From Octopus bimaculoides (lineage: Eukaryota): a DNA stretch of 64,000 bases. The stretch is from contig NC_068984.1 in assembly GCF_001194135.2 (NCBI RefSeq), positions 46,547,731-46,611,730 of the forward strand. Direction: 5' to 3'. This document shows, piece by piece, positions 12,421 through 26,261 of this stretch. The notes beneath the pieces are model-generated. The model did no database searches, was not told the origin of the DNA, and saw only the letters and a list, made by a program, of their open reading frames with translations. Position 1 is the stretch's first letter; every line of letters starts with the position of its first letter. A program made the position numbers and the translations under genes.

Positions 12421-15099
12421 ATATTCCTGCATGTCCTTTATATTGTAACTGAACTCTCTAGAACATCTTGTGTCTATAGGATATATCCGTAGTGTGTTGG
12501 TGCTTAATCATTTGTTTGTTGCTGATTATATACGTAATGACAGACATGTCAGTGTTGGAACTTGCTGTGACGAAAGTATTGTAACGTTAAACTATTTAGG
12601 TGGGCAAGACGTTTACTAGTGTTGCATATTTAGATTTAATGTAAAGGTTACAGATAACATATATAACTCGCATTAGTTTTCATTAGGTGGTTAAAATTTT
12701 TTACAATTAATATTTTACTTGAAATTTTATATATACTGAGAATACAGTTTTGTTGGTGTGAGTAGTTGAAGTTGGGTTTGAGTGCAATACTATCATGAAT
12801 TGTTATGTATTTTTGGTGAGTACATTGTTTGTAAACATTTTTATTCATTTCATGCTTCCGAATACCAGTTTCCTCTTTCATATATAAGGCTGCTAATATT
12901 TCGGCTCTATAGAGAAGGCTAATAGTATTCAAATGGCATTTCTGTTATCTGTGTCTCGGATGATGATTTTATAAACGTTATGATAGCGACTGTATTAGCA
13001 GTTATTTTGTTCTCATATGTGTACCACTTTACAAATGCTTACTAATAAATATATGCACCCACTCAGTCATTTGTCAATAAAGACACACACGCACGCACGC
13101 ACACATACACAGGCACTCACGCACAGGCACACAAACTCAGACACGCACGTGTATATATAATTTATATTTTCTCCGAAGTAAACATCTATTCTATTCTTCT
13201 GATGTTTGAAAAATGTATAATGTTGCTATAGCGTTTTAATGTCATGTAAATGCATGCTAAACTTTACAGTTTGTTTACCAGATAAATATGAATTTACACG
13301 CACAGTCGCACGCACACGCAAATGAGTATGTGGTAAATAAAAATGAATATACGTAGTTGAATTTTTGTTTAGCTCGTTAATTCACTTTAACACTTCATAG
13401 ACTAAAACAAAAAGGCGTCACCTTATGAGTGAGTTATCGGACACTTGAAGAAGAGAAAAACAATTTACGTACCTCAAAATAAAATAGATGTTTATGCCTT
13501 TCAGATACAACATTCTTTTCTCAATCAAAATTTACTGTAAAATTTTGTCTTATTTCATCCTTTTCATTTTTGTTTTCTGTTTTTTGACCAGGAAATGAAA
13601 TTGTTATTTCAATATTATTGTACTGTGAAGTCTACAACTAGACGATATAAACAAAGCAAGATTGGCATCTCTTATTTATCATACTCTATTGCTATTTATA
13701 TTATAAAACAACGACACTGTTTACAACTCTGCATTTAAACATTTGCAGACATTTTAAGGAGTTAATATCTAAGTTAATTAATTAAAAGTTACATAACCTT
13801 ATTATAAAGATCAAGTGTGTCACAGAGAGTAAACGTGTGATTTCCTGGTCTTCTAAAAATAGAACTCACATTTTCCCCAAAATAGAGCTCATTGTCTTTA
13901 TAAATGAAAGGATACACGAAATGATATAAACAATAAACAAGCTGTACGTTTATGGCTTGAATGCCTTTGTTCGCATATCTACAAGATCTCTCTTGAAGCA
14001 GGGCTAAAAACAGTTCAACTTTTTAAAGACACTTGACCTTTAACAATATTTCCGTTAGGTAATGCATAAACATGACAACTCCCCTCCAGAGAAAGACACA
14101 TAAACGAAAAACACTTTGCTACTACTACAAATAGAATGCAGTTGTTTAACTGAAACTTTATCTAGTAGAAATCATTGCTACCATACAAGCCATGTCCACT
14201 ATCCATAAACAGAATTAACTTGGTCATCATTGTATATGTACCATTACATGGCAAATAATATAAAGATTAATATTTGGAAATAGCTAAAATTCCATGCTTT
14301 CACCTTATGATACTACATCTTTTCGATTTTTATATATCATTGCTTCAAAGGAAATAACTCCTGGGACGAATTATTTGGCCTCAATCCATGACCTATTAAT
14401 ATACTAGAAATGATCCAGTTGATTTTACCATTACATTAACAAATTGAATGTAGTGAATAATTATATGTGCGATTGCAAATAACATTGTATTTGTAACGCA
14501 TTGACATATGAACGATATTGAACAGTCATTGTATCTGGTACTTCAAAGGAAGGAATTTCCTGTAATACTGTATTTAAAGTACTTCCAGAGTTATTTAGTG
14601 ACGGTTGAAACATCTCGCAGCCATTAATATTAAATTCCGACGATCGGAAAATAGTTTACAATGATATTAATATTTACAAATGGTACAAAATGTTTTACTG
14701 AATTTGAATGCAGTATATGCCATTATCTTTAACTACTGCATAATACTGTATAGGCACTTAATAATTTTCGGTGATTGACAGTGGTTCAAATATATTTACA
14801 ACATCTGAATGTTGTACAATGCATTACGAACGTTTACAATATTTCTCTAGTGGATTATAAAAGCATTTCCTTTATGTAATACAAATACGTTACAATAATA
14901 TTTGCAATTGTACGAGTAACCATTATGACCGAATGAATAATGCCGTATCTTCTTATTCGAAGGATTAACAGTTCATATCCTCTCTTTATTATTCACTCTC
15001 TCATTAATCAGCGAAATCTCTCGAAATGGTTAGAGAAGAGGGAATATTAGGGGCGATAACACCTAAAACAACACTTTCCTTTAGCATTTATTTCAAATT

Positions 15100-15320
15100 A
15101 AGGCGGCTAGGTAGCAGATTTGTTTAGCACGCCGGAAAAAAAAAACCAGCGGCATTTTGCCCATCTTTACGTACTGAGTTCAAATTTCGCCAACGTTGAA
15201 TTTTGGCTTTCTTCCTTTAGGTGTCAATAAATTAAATATCAGCTCCGCACTGAGATCGATGTTATCCATATCTCCGCCCCACTCAAAATTGCTGGCTTTG
15301 TGCCAAAATCAAAAAAGAAT
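15100..15320 (+). mobile_element. SINE family A
   Basis: AAGGCGGCTAGGTAGCAGA...TTAGCACGCCGG...GAGTTCAAATTTCGCC...CTCAAAATTGCTGGCTTTGTGCCAAAA. Confidence 0.85.
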
Positions 15321-17929
15321 ATCTATTTCAAACTAAAGTCAGCATTTCAATGTATCGTTGAGCAGCATATGTTAATTTCTTAAAATTTCAGTTACCTGTT
15401 CCAGAAACTGCTTGTAACGTATTGCCCATATATTCAAGGCACATATATAAATATTATTTACTTAATTATAGATTAAGCGTTGCTCAATAAGCACTGTGTA
15501 AGTATGAAAATTAATTGAATATTCTAGGGAGTAGGATATCAGGTACTATACTTGTGAATTCGGGCTAGAGATTCGATTGCAAGATACATCTATTTCTATT
15601 TTCCTATTAAAAATACCCGTCTTTCTTCTGCATAAAATATTCAAGTCATGTTAATGTTAAAAATATTTTACAATTAATTTAATTTACCTCACAATGTTCG
15701 GTCGTTAATGATATAATTTCTTGAACTCTATATTAACGCTTTTCTGTATCTCATCCACCCTAATTAGGTTTTTATATACCCTGCTGCGGCTCGAAATACA
15801 CTACTGCGGTCTATCTCGATTAAGAATTTTCATCTTCCAAGCCTAAGTTCTCATGTGAGTAAACACACCACATATTGCTGCAAAACCTCGAATTCAGTCG
15901 TAGAAAGATTATAAAGTTGACAAATGTTTTTGTATATCGTTTTAGTGCTAAAAATCAGTTCCCTACTTCCAAATATTGCTTTGATGCCGAGTTAAGATGC
16001 ATACTTATTAAGCACACGGTATTTTCCAACTATGAAAGTATTTTGGTGCTCACAAACTTTAGCAAATACTTTTTTAATAATAATACGGATTTATAGAAGA
16101 GTTCATAACTTAGCTGAGCATTGATTCGATGAAAGGTATTTCTGTATGGTAGATAAATTTTCATTAGGCAATGCTCCTGGAAAGAAGATATTTCTATTTG
16201 AAATGCATAAACTTCCATTAAGGTCAGAAGAGTTTAAACAGGATGCGAAAAAAAATTTCGCCTCGGTGTTGTGCACCTTCTGACTCGGTCATCAGCACTC
16301 TAAGCATTTTTGTGATAAATAAAATGCATAGGTAAAAACTAGAAAGCGGAGGTCTTTCTAAGTGTTATGGAAACATCAATTTAGCTTTATGAAGCTCTTT
16401 CACGTGATTCAAAAATTTACTACATCTACTGTAGTCAATATTTTCCTCTCTAAAGATAACTGTCATTTATCGTTCTTAAGACGGATGATGTAACTGAAAT
16501 TCTTGGTGAAATCCATGTAAATATATTTTCCCACCCCACATTTATAGTACTTTTATAGGATGCGATAACGCTTTCATAGTGTTGAAAGCTTTTTACATCT
16601 GCATCAATAATTTGCTTTTCTAGTTGTTAGCCAAATATATACGTAGACATTTCTATTGGCTTTTTCCCAATATATGTCATTTAAATATGCATTTTGTTAT
16701 TTATTTCCTTTCTGATATTCGTGGCCATACTGTTGTTTACTACAAGAATGTCAAAGAAAATGTGCATAGAAAAAGTCCTATCTACAATATGTTTTTTATG
16801 GTAATTATTCAAAGTAATGGTTCTCTGTTTTCCTGTATTCTTTACCATGAATAGTGTTTTCTACTTTGCTTTTTTTTCTTTTCTATTAGGACATAACGAT
16901 GATGAAATATATGGTAAAATACGAAACAATTGCATACTGAAATTAAAAATGTATACATACAAATAAACACAAACACACACACACACAAGCATACACTCAC
17001 TCACACACAAACGCACGAGCGTACACAAACACATACATACACGCACGCGTGCACACACGCGTACACACACGCGAATACTGCAATAAGTAAATCGGCAGAT
17101 TTCATAAATAAAAATGAAAGTAAAGATAAAGCGCGAGAAGAAAGAAAATAAAAAGTGCACGTGTGTTAAGCGAGCAACTTAAATTTGTTTGCGGTTTTGT
17201 GGTAGTTTTGCATGCTCGTAAATTTACTCACAACAGAACGGAAAGTGGGTCCTTTAGGAGGAAGTAGAAAATACACATATAAAGGTTGTTTTCTAACGTT
17301 TGACCTTCAAGCAAATAAAGGGAAAATGTGCAAGATGACAGTGTTGTTGTTGTTGCAGTTGTTGTTGTTCTTCTTACTCATGATGATGATGGTGATGGAG
17401 GTAACAATGGAGAGGAAAAGGATGATAACATTAATAACAATACCAATGTCAACATTTGCTCTTACTTCAAAGATTTTGATGAATACCGTTGAAATAAATG
17501 TACATATGTTTACCCATAATATAATCCCACATATACAAACATTTTAACCAGCATCAATTCAACTTTCATGGAAATGCCTAATGCACTTACTGCTAATCCG
17601 GCTAATACAAAATAAACATTACGAATGCATTATATACTGAAGCAATAAAACAACAGCAGTTGAAATACAAATCATAATAATATTCATAGTTATATATAGT
17701 GATAATGATGGTGGGGAAGACAAGGCCAACAATAGTCACAAGGCCACACATATTTTGATTTTGTGCTGTCAGTTTAATCCCCCTGTGTACTTGATTGGAG
17801 AATATGTTATAGGTAACAGTATATTAGTGTACGGCAACCAAAGTTAAGATAAAAGAAGTCATATAGCGTATTATTAAATCTTGTCCTTTATCTATGACAC
17901 ATTATCGTTTTTAATTCATGCACAAAACC

Positions 17930-18070
17930 ATCTGCTCTGAGACGAGGATAATAATTGATTGCATCAACTGCAGTACTTGATGTGTATTTTGTATTGATGT
18001 TTCCTAAACGAGGAAAAGCAAAGTTAACCACGACGACGGAATTTGAACTTAAAACATAAAAAAGCTGGAA
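17930..18070 (-). mobile_element. SINE family A, diverged fragment adjacent to the Tx1 breakpoint
   Basis: GAGGAAAAGCAAAGTTAACCACGACGACGGAATTTGAACTTAAAAC is the reverse complement of the B-box and core. Confidence 0.6.
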
Positions 18071-18100
18071 CATTCATCCGTGAAAGGTCGAACGAACTCG

Positions 18101-21100
18101 ATTTACGAGTTCGCTCGACCTTTCAGGGACAGTTTCCTCTCGGTCCATTTTTGAGTAAGATTGACTACTCTACTCGTCACCTCGTCCCACTTTTTCTCCA
18201 CCTGGAGGTCTGGATTAAAGCAGACTCCAAGTAATTGAACAGGACCATCTGTCCAGTGCCCCACGACCCTGTTGGACGGCTTAAATCTGCCTCTTCAAGT
18301 GCCGAGTTGCAAGCCCAATGACTTTTCCATGTTACTTTTTGCTCCAGTCACTGCTTCATATTCTTTTAGTGTGTTGCTATTCAGGTCTATATGCCTGTGG
18401 GCTCGACACTATGACGTTGACATCGTCAGTGTAAGCAGAAGCACCTCCTCCACATCCTAGGTTACACGGGAGACCCATCAAAAAGTCCAGCTTCCGCAGC
18501 GATGGCTCAAGAATCAGCACATGCAGAAGAGAGGAGAGAGGATACCGTTGACGGACTGAACGCAAGATGTTGAATGTTTCCCACAGGTGACCAATCACCC
18601 AAACAATCGAGTGGATGCCGCTGTACAAAGCAGTGATCCAACCGCGGAAAACTGTACCGAAACCCACATCCCTGAGGGCAGCTGCCAAGTATTGATGATC
18701 GACCCTATCAAAGGCTTTAGATTGATCTAAATTGATCAGAAACCCACCCAAACTAGTTTCATTACCCACCCTCACTATGATGTAGCACATGTTGCCGAAT
18801 ATAAACCTGATCGGGATTGCGCAGGTTTACGTCTCCGCGACCAAATCCTCAACGACAAGCGCCAACAGCTTCGCAAGCACCTAGGCCAAAATCTTAAATT
18901 CTGTGTTTGGGAGAGTTATGGGCTTGAACTTATCTAATGTGTCGCTCTTGTTTTCGTCTTTCCAGACCAGCGTCACTACGCCCCGGCTCATAGAACTGGG
19001 AATACTCTCGTTCTGCTGCAGTGGAGAGTTTCAAGGTGATCGGAGAACATGTCTGGCATATTTGCGTAAAGCTCGTAGAGCGGACCATCTAAACCGAGTG
19101 ACCTGCGCCTCGTGCAGCCGACAAGGAGATCCTGAATTTCGACTGAACTTACCTGACTTTCGCAGCGCTTAGCGTTGGCCGTTGAGCGACTCGACAAGCC
19201 GCTGCGGTAGGGACTGAAGTCTCCCACTGTCTCCGCCCCACCACTGTCTCCGCTCCGCCACTCTCCCCGAACAACCGAGCAAAGTGATGGCGAAATCCTA
19301 ACACGTCTGCCTGGAATCGCTCAGCACGTTGCACCTCCACCACGCGAGCTCATCAAACAACTTTGATTCTCTCATTTCTCAGGACACGCGCCTTGGTTCT
19401 GTCATTCTAGCTGCTAGCCCGTCGGTTGCAAGGCCATTACAAATTGTCTCGGCTAATTTAGCTACTAACTCCTCAACATTTCTTTTTTTTTTCTTAACGG
19501 TACTTCTTTGATAAATCCTGTCGATATGACTCTAATCCCTCTTTTGAGAGTCGCCCACCACTTGTTATTGACGATCCACTATAAACTTTTGCTTAACTAA
19601 ATTGTTGACCCGGTCCTTGTAAGCCTTACATCCCGGAAACAAAATGTTCAGCTTCCAGTACCCGGGTCTTCATTTTCACGTCTTATCTAGGTCGACCGTA
19701 CAGATTACAAACTTATGATCTGAATAGGCGAACGTTTTAAAAAGTGGACATCCTCCACTATTACTATCTATTTTCGTAGTTAAAATCTGATCTATATACG
19801 ATCTAGATGACCCTACGCAGTTGGCGCAGATCCACACTGGCGCATTAGGGAAATCTCGTCGGTACCTGTTAGACAGCTCGTACTAGCTGATCAGGAACTT
19901 CAGGCTTTTGCACCCCTCCGCTTCTCCCAGATAATCCTAGCGTTCATCTAATATTCTGTTCCAGTCCCCCACCACCAACTATAAATGGCGAGACCTAGCT
20001 AGAAAGGCTTCGTGACTCCTAAAGACATCCGGCCGTTTGGTTCTTTCAGTAGCCACGAGACGTTCACCAGTCTAAGGACACCACCTACACTATTGCTCAC
20101 GTCCAGGACCACCAACTTCCTGTCTGTGTCTCGGAAGAACGACCTTACCTCGGGATCCAGTTCTTCCCTAAAGATCACTGCCACTCCACCTCCCATTTCC
20201 GTTCGACTGACAGATGCAAAGATATGATAGTCATCGAAAATGGGGGCTAGTACGCGTGTGTTAGAAATCCTGGTCTCACTGACAGCAATTGCATCCAATC
20301 CTAAAGACCTGAGGTCGTTGAGCAGGAACCCTTTCTTCCAGAGTGACTTCTGGCCTCAGACATTTAAAATTCCTACTCTTAATATTGCCATGTTGGCAAG
20401 AAAAAGAAAAAAAGGGAAAAGTTTAATTACTCCTCCCCACATCCACTACCACCGGTGTCTTGTGAAGGTCTAGTGGTTCGACTTCTATAATTGGTAGGGT
20501 TTTGGGGGTAATCCTTTTAAAAGTGGGTTTCACGTTTGCGATTCCCACGTCCCCAGCAAAGCTCCCTCGAATTCTTATGTAGGAATCAAGCGACATTCGC
20601 ACCAGAAACAAATCTTTTGGCACGCTAAATGTGCTTGGGTTCGAAGATCACACCTCCAGTTTCCAATTCAATGTTGTTTTTGTTTTTGCTACGAGAACCA
20701 TCAATTCCAAGTTGTCCCTTCTGATGAGTACGAAGTTGGGTGTTTTGTGTTGGTGTTGTTTCATTTGTTTGCTTGACTATAGCGGTAATTGTCTTGTTTT
20801 GGTTGTGTCTGTATTTGCTTTGGCGTTGGTATCTGCAGTTTTAGATGTTTGTGTGAGTGTTTGTTCTTGCGTCCATTTAAGTTGTTTGTGTTTGGGGGAT
20901 TCTGGTGATAGTGATGGTATTAGATATTTTGGTGTTGGTATTATTGGAGAGACGTTTGCGTGGGTTCCGTCTGTACTTTTTATTGTGGGTATTGTTATGC
21001 TTTATGGAGTTTTCTTTCTTTTTTTTTTGTTTTACTTTTGGGACTTTTGGTTTTCCCTCATCTTCACAACTGGAAGGTTAGGGATCTGTGGTTGTGTGTC

Positions 21101-22650
21101 TGTGTCTGTTTGTATGTTTATATTCTTAGTTATATGTGCATGTTTTGGTGTGAGGTGGGTGGGAGAGCTTTGCTTGTTTCCACCTATTGTGGGTAATGTC
21201 TTTGGTGTTGTTTCGTTTCTTGTTGCTGGTGGTTTTTCCGGTGCTGATGTTGGTTGTTGCCTCCCCCCATCTCAGCGTAGGTAGCAGTGGATGCCATCGA
21301 CCCCTTGTACATTTTGTCACTTGAGGGGAGCTAGCTCGCAAATGAGTTGTTTCTCCACAAACGAAATACTGCGGTCTTCTGCCTTCAGTCATAGGAGTGG
21401 CTGTGTGGTAAGTAGCTTGCTTACCAACCACGTGATCCTGGGTTCAGTCCCACTTCGTGGCACCTTGTGCGAGTTTCTTCTACTATGGACTCAGGCCGAC
21501 TAAAGACTTGTGAGTGGATTTGGTAGACGGAAACTGAAAGAAGCCCGTCGTATATATGTATATATATATATATATNNNNNNNNNNNNNNNNNNNNNNNNN
21601 NNNNNNNNNNNNNNNNNNNNNNNNNNNNNNNATATATTTATATATATATGTATATTTATATGTGTGTGTATATGTTTGTGTGTCTGTGTTTGTCCCCCCA
21701 ACATCGCTTGACAACAGATACTGGTGTGTTTACGTCCCCGTAACTTAACGGTTCGGCACAAGAGACCGATAGAATAAGTACTAGGCTTACAAAGAATGAG
21801 TCCTGGGTTCGATTTGCTCAAGTAAAGGCGGTGCTCCAGCATAGCCGCAGTCAAATGACTGAAACACGTAAAAGAGTAAAAGAGTAATAGAAAATATCTC
21901 CAGATCCACCCAGGCCCAGTCCTCCCCTGCAGTTCTTGTCACTTCTATCGGGACCATATCTGACCCTCGTTCGATTACGCATCCCACAAACCACCACATG
22001 TCAAGTCCCGGTGGAATCCTGGGAATGCGGACAAGTGTTGTTCCTTTCCCCATATGGGATGGGTACATAATGACATTGCTGGTTTTGCAAGGGGTCATTG
22101 AATGTTTTATAGCGAGGGCTTCTGACTTAAAAAAGCACCGAAATGGTGCCGTATTGTCTGCTATGTAATCGGTATCATCCCTGATATATCTCAGAGCAGC
22201 TTCAATATCTGCCTGTGCCATTATTGCCGGTAACTTCGTTCCTGCTGAGAAGCAATTGAATTGAACTCATTTTCCTTCCATTGCTTCAATTGCCTCTTTT
22301 TGTATGGTTAGGTTGGCCCAGGTCTGTTTATGTTTGAAGAGCATCTATGCCTGCGCAAATTTCCCCTCTTTGTTTGCGATCTATGCCATAAAGAGGTCTC
22401 CTTTTGCTTGCTGCTTCAGCGAATGTGTTCTTGTTCTTGTTGTTGGTAATATTGATATTGTTGTTCTCATTGGTGTTAGTTTTATTGTTACTGCTGATAT
22501 TGCGTCGTTTTTGTTACCGCCACTACCTTTCGTAGTGTTGCAGCTTTTGTTGTCTCCACGGCTACTGCTTCCGCCATCTCTTGTCACTGCTGCTGTTTTT
22601 GTTGTAACTAATTTCATAAGCTTCGCAAGCTTTCACACTGCTTAGGCTTC
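18101..22650 (-). mobile_element. Tx1/L1-clade LINE (ORF1 with zinc knuckle; ORF2 with APE endonuclease and RT), decayed and 3'-truncated
   Basis: ORF1: QTWANL...AQADIEAALRYIRDDTDYI...TLVRIPRIPP...WAWVDLEI | EGRRPQYFVCGETTHLRAS, stop at 20423. ORF2 from ATG 20391: MAILRVGILNV*G...DAIAVSETR...GGGVAVIF (APE), then INLDQSKAFDRVDHQYL...SVRQRYPLS.LL..L.LEP...AYTDDV (RT), ending RKLSLKGRA. Confidence 0.93.
21391..21890 (+). mobile_element. SINE family B, full length, nested in Tx1 ORF1
   Basis: GGAGTGGCTGTGTGGTAAGTAGCTTGCTTACCAACC...GGTTCAGTCCCAC...GGTGCTCCAGCATAGCCGCAGTCAAATGACTGAAAC, with an (AAAGAGT)n tail. Confidence 0.95.
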
Positions 22651-22658
22651 TACTACTT

Positions 22659-22660
<2 letters not shown>

Positions 22661-22689
<29 letters not shown>
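22661..22689 (+). repeat. (GTT)n microsatellite
   Basis: Read directly. Confidence 0.95.
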
Positions 22690-23020
22690 CGCTGAGAGTG
22701 AGTCATATGACTGTAGGAGGGATGGTGGGAAAGATGACTTTCCACATCAGCTCTTCCATGGTCGTTAATGTCGCTGATAATAGTGATGATGACGCCATCT
22801 TGTGTATTTGCATTTTTGTTCTTCAAGGCAATGGATAATTAAACGAATAAATAAATACTGTACGTTACAGGGCAGAAATATCCACAAAAAATGTGTCAAT
22901 AGGTTCTTAGTGTACTTATTATCAGTTTATAAGAAAATTGAGAACACATATTTGTACAGACAAGGTGAAAAGGATAAATTACGAAGCGTGTATAAAAGAA
23001 CGTCTTATGTATCCAGCAGC

Positions 23021-23078
<58 letters not shown>

Positions 23079-23079
<1 letters not shown>

Positions 23080-25673
23080 GGAAGGCACCTGGGCACGACA
23101 AGATCCCCAACTTCTGGTTAAAACACCTGACAAGTGCACAAAATGCTGGCAGAAAACTTTACCAACATACTAGCAGAGCCAGAGACAATGCCTGAATGGC
23201 TTACGAAAGGGAAAACCATCTTAATTCCCAAATCCACGGAAACGGAGAAACCACAAAACTATAGACCTATAGCCTGTCTCCCTACGATCTACAAAGCCTT
23301 TACTGCAATAATATCGCAGAGATTGATTAAGCACCTGGAAAATAACCTGTTTCTAGAAGAACAGAAGGGATGCTGCAAGGGCTCATACGGCTGTAAAGAT
23401 CAATTATTGATCAATAAATCCATAACTGAAGACAGCCGCAGAAAGAAGAAAGGCCTCAGTATGAATTGGGTGGACTACCAAAAGGCTTTCGACAGTGTTC
23501 CCCACACGTGGATTCTGGAAACACTAGCCATAAACAAGGTGGCACCAATTATCATAAAATACATAAAGCACTCAATGAACAAATGGCAGACAGTGTTACA
23601 GCTCCAAACAAAAGAGGGACTTTGAAAACGAAAGCCATCCCCATTAGAAGAGGAGTATTCCAGGGAGATATGCTCACTCGACTCCTGTTCTGCCTGGCAC
23701 TCACACCTTTAACTGAATTGCTAAATAGAACTGGATGCGGATACAAATGTTACGGGAAAATAGTCAGCCACCTTTTATATATGGATGACCTAAAATTATA
23801 CGCTAAAAATGGCAAAGAGCTGCAAACACTACTACAGACAGTACATGGCTTTACTAAGGAAATAGACATGAAATTCGGATTAGAAAAATGTGCCAAAGCA
23901 ACCCTGAAAAGAGGAAAATTAGTTAAAAGTAGCAACATCACAGTAGATAAAACCAATGAAATAAGAGAACTAGACGAAAGCCAACCTTACAAATATTTAC
24001 GAGTCAATGAACTAGATAGGATACAACACACACAAATGAAAGAAAAAATACAGTAAGAATACTATAGACGAGTTAGATCAATACTAAAAACAGAGCTCAA
24101 TGCTAAAAACAATATAATAGGTATTAACACTTTAGCTGTCCCAGTTATAAGCTACAGCTACAATATCCTTAACTGGACACTAAACGAACTATCTAAAATA
24201 GACAGGAAAACAAGAAAAATAATGACAGGATATAGGATGCACCAACCAAAATCTGACATAGAAAGGCTATATATACAACGCACAGAAGGTGGCAGGGGTC
24301 TTATACAGCTGGAAAACTATTATAAAATAACCACCATNNNNNNNNNNNNNNNNNNNNNNNNNNNNNNNNNNNNNNNNNNNNNNNNNNNNNNNNNNNNNNN
24401 NNNNNNNNNNNNNNNNNNNNNNNNNNNNNNNNNNNNNNNNNNNNNNNNNNNNNNNNNNNNNNNNNNNNNNNNNNNNNNNNNNNNNNNNNNNNNNNNNNNN
24501 NNNNNNNNNNNNNNNNNNNNNNNNNNNNNNNNNNNNNNNNNNNNNNNNNNNNNNNNNNNNNNNNNNNNNNNNNNNNNNNNNNNNNNNNNNNNNNNNNNNN
24601 NNNNNNNNNNNNNNNNNNNNNNNNNNNNNNNNNNNNNNNNNNNNNNNNNNNNNNNNNNNNNNNNNNNNNNNNNNNNNNNNNNNNNNNNNNNNNNNNNNNN
24701 NNNNNNNNNNNNNNNNNNNNNNNNNNNNNNNNNNNNNNNNNNNNNNNNNNNNNNNNNNNNNNNNNNAAGAAAAACCCCTACATGGTTAATACTGGGCTAA
24801 ACTAAATGCGAAAGAAATAGACAGAGAAAAATCCCGGCAATGGTTGAGAAGCTCAGGACTCAAAGCAGAGACTGAAGGATTTTTTATTGCTGCACAAGAC
24901 CAAAGCCTCTCCACCAGAAATTACCAAAAACAAATAACGAAAAGAAACATAACAAATAACTGTAGAATATGTGGAGATCGACAAGAAACAATAAATCATA
25001 TTATCTCTAGCTGCCCAGTCCTGGCTAAGAAGGAATATATTCACAAACACGACAGAGCTGGGACCTATATACACTGGAAGCTATGCCAACACTATGGAAT
25101 AACAACNNNNNNNNNNCAAACACGACAGAGCTGGGACCTATATACACTGGAAGCTATGCCAACACTATGGAATAACAACAGAAAAGAGATGGTATAAACA
25201 CCACGCCAGAAAAGGTCACAGAAAACGAGAAAGCAAACATACTCTGGGATATGCCAATACACACAGATAGAGAAATTAAGGCAAGAAAATAAAATGCTTT
25301 CTAATTGATGTATCAATACCAGCAGATGACTACGTTTCCCTCAAAGAAATGGAAAAACTTTCAAAATACAAACACTTGGAAATAGAGGTAACTCGAATGT
25401 GGAATCTAAAAACTAAAACAATTCCTATCTTTGTAGGTGCCTTAGGTATAATTAAAAAATATTCAGCCAAATACATAACAAAAACACCAGGACTTACAAA
25501 TATATATAACATACAGAAAATTGCACTACTGAGCACTGCACACATCCTACGCAAAACACTTTCAATACAGTAACCATAAGGTCATCACAGCAAACCACAG
25601 CACATACCCAAGGCACACAGAGCTGCGCTCGGTAGTGAAGTGAAAGCACGTTATAAAAATAAAACTACTGAAC
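23079..25673 (+). mobile_element. Dong/R4-clade LINE, 5'-truncated and relatively young (RT, CCHC finger, REL endonuclease, 3' UTR)
   Basis: RKAPGHDKIPNFWLK, NYRPIACLPTIYK, EEQKGC, WVDYQKAFDSVPH, GVFQGD, HLLYMDDLKLY, FGLEKCA, GGRGL, LKAETEGFFIAAQDQSL, CRIC...ETINHIISSC, KYKHLEIEV...LRKTLSIQ*. Few disablements (frameshift near 23620, stop near 24054). (TAA)n at 23023-23078 and 25674-25712. Confidence 0.97.
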
Positions 25674-25711
<38 letters not shown>

Positions 25712-25712
<1 letters not shown>

Positions 25713-25895
25713 CCTTTCTGCTATAGGCATACGACCCGGATTTTGTGGAGTGGGGGGACAATCGGTTACATCGACACCAGTTCTCAACTGGTTGTATATT
25801 TAACCGCCCTGAAAGGATGAAAGGCAAAGCTGACCTGGGCGTAATTAGAACTCAAAACGTAGGAACGAGCGAAATACCGCTAAGCATTTCGCCTA
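25712..25895 (-). mobile_element. SINE family A
   Basis: GAAAGGATGAAAGGCAAAGCTGACC...GAACTCAAAACGTAG...GAAATACCGCTAAGCATTTCGCC is the reverse complement of the family body. Confidence 0.85.
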
Positions 25896-25924
25896 GATAA
25901 TGAAATTAAAAAATAAAAATAATG

Positions 25925-25992
<68 letters not shown>

Positions 25993-25996
25993 AATA

Positions 25997-26158
25997 GTAC
26001 GTGGAACAAATAGGGGCTGCAATAAGCAGAAAACAGCACTGCTTGGAACCGCTCGAGTACTCTGGAAGATGCTCGAAAAATAAGAGGTGTTACCTTAGTT
26101 CAATGGTAGTGAACAGCTGACACTGTAATACATCTCCAGCGTTAGAAGGTGTGCAAAA

Positions 26159-26160
<2 letters not shown>
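25997..26160 (+). mobile_element. Dong/R4 extreme 3' end (same subfamily as 5161-6061)
   Basis: CAGAAAACAGCACTGCTTGGAACCGCTCGA...GGTAGTGAACAGCTGACACTGTAATACATCTCCAG is nearly identical to 5930-6050; embedded in (AAT)n on both sides. Confidence 0.93.
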
Positions 26161-26245
<85 letters not shown>

Positions 26246-26261
26246 TTAACAATAATAATGA

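Noticed and set aside
20718-20740. CTGATGAGTACGAAG
   Set aside because: GAAG not GAAA, no stem I or III, and it lies antisense within Tx1 ORF1; probably chance.
20631-21284. 217-aa hydrophobic ORF on +
   Set aside because: Antisense of the low-complexity P/T/K-rich part of Tx1 ORF1.
25046-25180. ~60-bp direct duplication inside the Dong element
   Set aside because: The two copies flank a 10-N gap and are identical; this is typical of an unmerged contig overlap.
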